Shown here piece by piece: positions 62,177 to 64,000 of a stretch of DNA of 64,000 bases. The notes below the pieces were generated by a model that was not told the origin of the DNA, did no database searches, and saw nothing but the letters and a program-made list of their open reading frames with translations. The position numbers and the translations under genes are program-made. The first letter of the stretch is position 1; every line of letters begins with the position of its first letter. The DNA is from Podarcis filfolensis (lineage: Eukaryota), in NCBI GenBank assembly GCA_964270895.1, contig OZ185435.1; one strand, 5' to 3'.

Positions 62177-63249
62177 GTGAGATTAAGGTGCCAGCAGCCC
62201 TTGCTGCCATGGGCTGGTTGCTAAGCTCATCCCCTCCCCATGCTTGCTTGAGTAGCTGGGGCTCTTTCCTTGTCCTGAGCAAGAGGCCTTCCTTGACCAG
62301 AAGCAGAGTGAACAGGGCAAGGCAGGGCATATTCACTTTGCGGTTGTCATCATCTCCCATCCCTGGCCTTTCAAAAAGAAATACAGAGGCTCGGCTACCT
62401 TTTGCCACCCTTGACCAGGGCCTTGGCCGGTGAGAGTGCCTTGCCTATGCACTGGGCATCCTTCACCCTGATGCTGTCCTTTTCTCCATACTACCCTACT
62501 CTGGCCCAAACTGCCATGAACACTCACCCCAGTCCTTGCCCAAGACTCCAATCCCTTTCATGGAAGGTATCTAGGTGTTCTCCTTCTTTGTAAAGTTGAT
62601 CTTAAAGGCCTTGACACCCGAGGGCTTCTAGATAACTGATGCCCCAGGACTGTGCTCTATCTCAGACAAGTGGGTCATTTTCCTAAGGCACAGCAAAACC
62701 AAGCATCTCTTCCCCATATAGGCTCCAAGCCCCCATGCCAAGTTGCTTATTCTTAGAACAGGGTTTAGGGTGTGTCCAGTGATGGTCCAGACTTCTCTGC
62801 CGCACCAGCCCTGCCTCTCACTTTTAAGCTTCTTTTAAATCTTTATAAACACAAGAAGCCCAGATGGTTTGGTAAAACGTAGACATTTGTTGTAAAGAGG
62901 CACAATCAGGTTTAAGTGCAACTATTTCTGTCTAAGATGAAAGGGTCTTCAGAAATTTTTACACTCGTTTAGAGAGTTATATATTTTAAAGACACAGTGT
63001 GCTGATGAGACTGTGCCATCTGTTCCCAAGCCAAGAAACCCCACCACTGCTTTTATTGAGCTAAGGGGACTAAATTGTGTTCGTTAAACACTTGTTTTGA
63101 TTTGGAAGATGTGGATAACTGAACACATGTATGCCTGTACCAGATGCACACACATGCAGGTAGTGTTTAATGCTTCAGTATTAGACACTGAGGTTTGTTC
63201 TCTCATGAGAATAAATCTTGCGTAAATTCCCAACCAAAAGTGACTGTTA

Positions 63250-63400
63250 TGCCCTCACTATTTGAGATGAAAACCATTTGACACTTGGCCTGCAAATAGC
63301 TGCTTACACTTCTTATCAGATCACCTCTTGTCCTCTCTTTTGATAAGCTGAAGAGACTGAGCACCTTACTCCTAAGCTTATCTCTCATTCCTAAGGTCAC
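63250..63400 (-). mobile_element. CR1 LINE ORF2 fragment
   Basis: LSLFSLSKERTRGDLI resembles the CR1 LGLFSLEKRRLRGDLI motif. Confidence 0.55.
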
Positions 63401-63802
63401 TCTTAAGCCTTTTCTCTGTCTGTTGCAAACTGTCCATTTACATCCCAGCTCCAGACAGGATCTACCAATCACAGGCCTATAAAATGGCCATAATAGTAGC
63501 CTACCTCAAATGATTGGTGTAAGGACTAATTGAGATAAGAAAACATTGCAACCTTTATCCTGGTCCTTAGGAATAGGGTAGGCTTTAAAAATAACCAACT
63601 CCAAGCTACGTGCCCCAAACATGTGCACAGATATTTGTGGGATGGTCATAAGATCTTGTTTCCAGATTTTGCTCTCGTCCTTCAATTATTATGCTGAAGT
63701 GCTGCAGCAGGTACAGTGGTGAGGATGCTAACTTACCCAGCACATCATTAATTGTCTAAGCCAGGGATGGAAAACCTGTAGCCCCCCAAATGAGTTTTTT
63801 CT

Positions 63803-63946
63803 TTCATAGAATTGTAGAGTTGGAAGGTACCACAAGGGTCATCTAGTCCAACCCCCTGCAAGACAGGGATCTTTTGCCCCACATGGGGCTTGAACCCACA
63901 ACCCTGAGGTTAAGAGTCTCATGTTGTACACCCTGAGCTATATGGG
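63803..63946 (-). mobile_element. tRNA-Lys-headed SINE (Squam2-like) in DES intron 1
   Basis: Reverse-complement copy of the 44366 family; tail-only fragments of the same family at ~42503-42575 and ~45350-45425. Confidence 0.75.
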
Positions 63947-64000
63947 TTGTTGGACTCCAGTTTCTCAGTCAGTATGGCCCATGATAAGGAGTGATGGGAG

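Noticed and set aside
61360-62408. 183-aa and 190-aa minus-strand ORFs
   Set aside because: Antisense to desmin exon 1 and its GC-rich promoter.
1-64000. CRISPR arrays, rRNA genes, operons and other prokaryotic systems
   Set aside because: The window is intron-rich vertebrate DNA; no regularly spaced repeat-spacer array or rRNA sequence was seen.

Overview
Vertebrate genomic DNA from a squamate, most likely a lacertid lizard (Sauria/Squam-type SINEs, BovB and lacertid-type MITEs), syntenic with the human PTPRN-(RESP18)-DNPEP-DES cluster. Exon-by-exon reconstruction with phase checks gives three genes. PTPRN/IA-2 is on the minus strand (exons 1-15, running off the left edge) and has a GC-AG intron after exon 10. 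DNPEP is complete on the minus strand (15 coding exons, 468 aa). DES is on the plus strand (exon 1 only). I saw no RESP18-like exons between PTPRN and DNPEP. The rest is intronic or intergenic DNA rich in transposons, many with readable target-site duplications (TSDs). Best second-look items: a BovB whose extreme 5' end is fused directly to an intact RT ORF (endonuclease deleted); an unclassified ~126-bp element present as an empty and a MITE-filled copy; candidate divergent spliced transcripts from the DNPEP and PTPRN promoters; and a CpG-retaining motif cluster where a desmin LCR might lie. I found no convincing novel biological system. All coordinates were read by hand, and repeat-family names come from recalled consensus sequences, not a database search.
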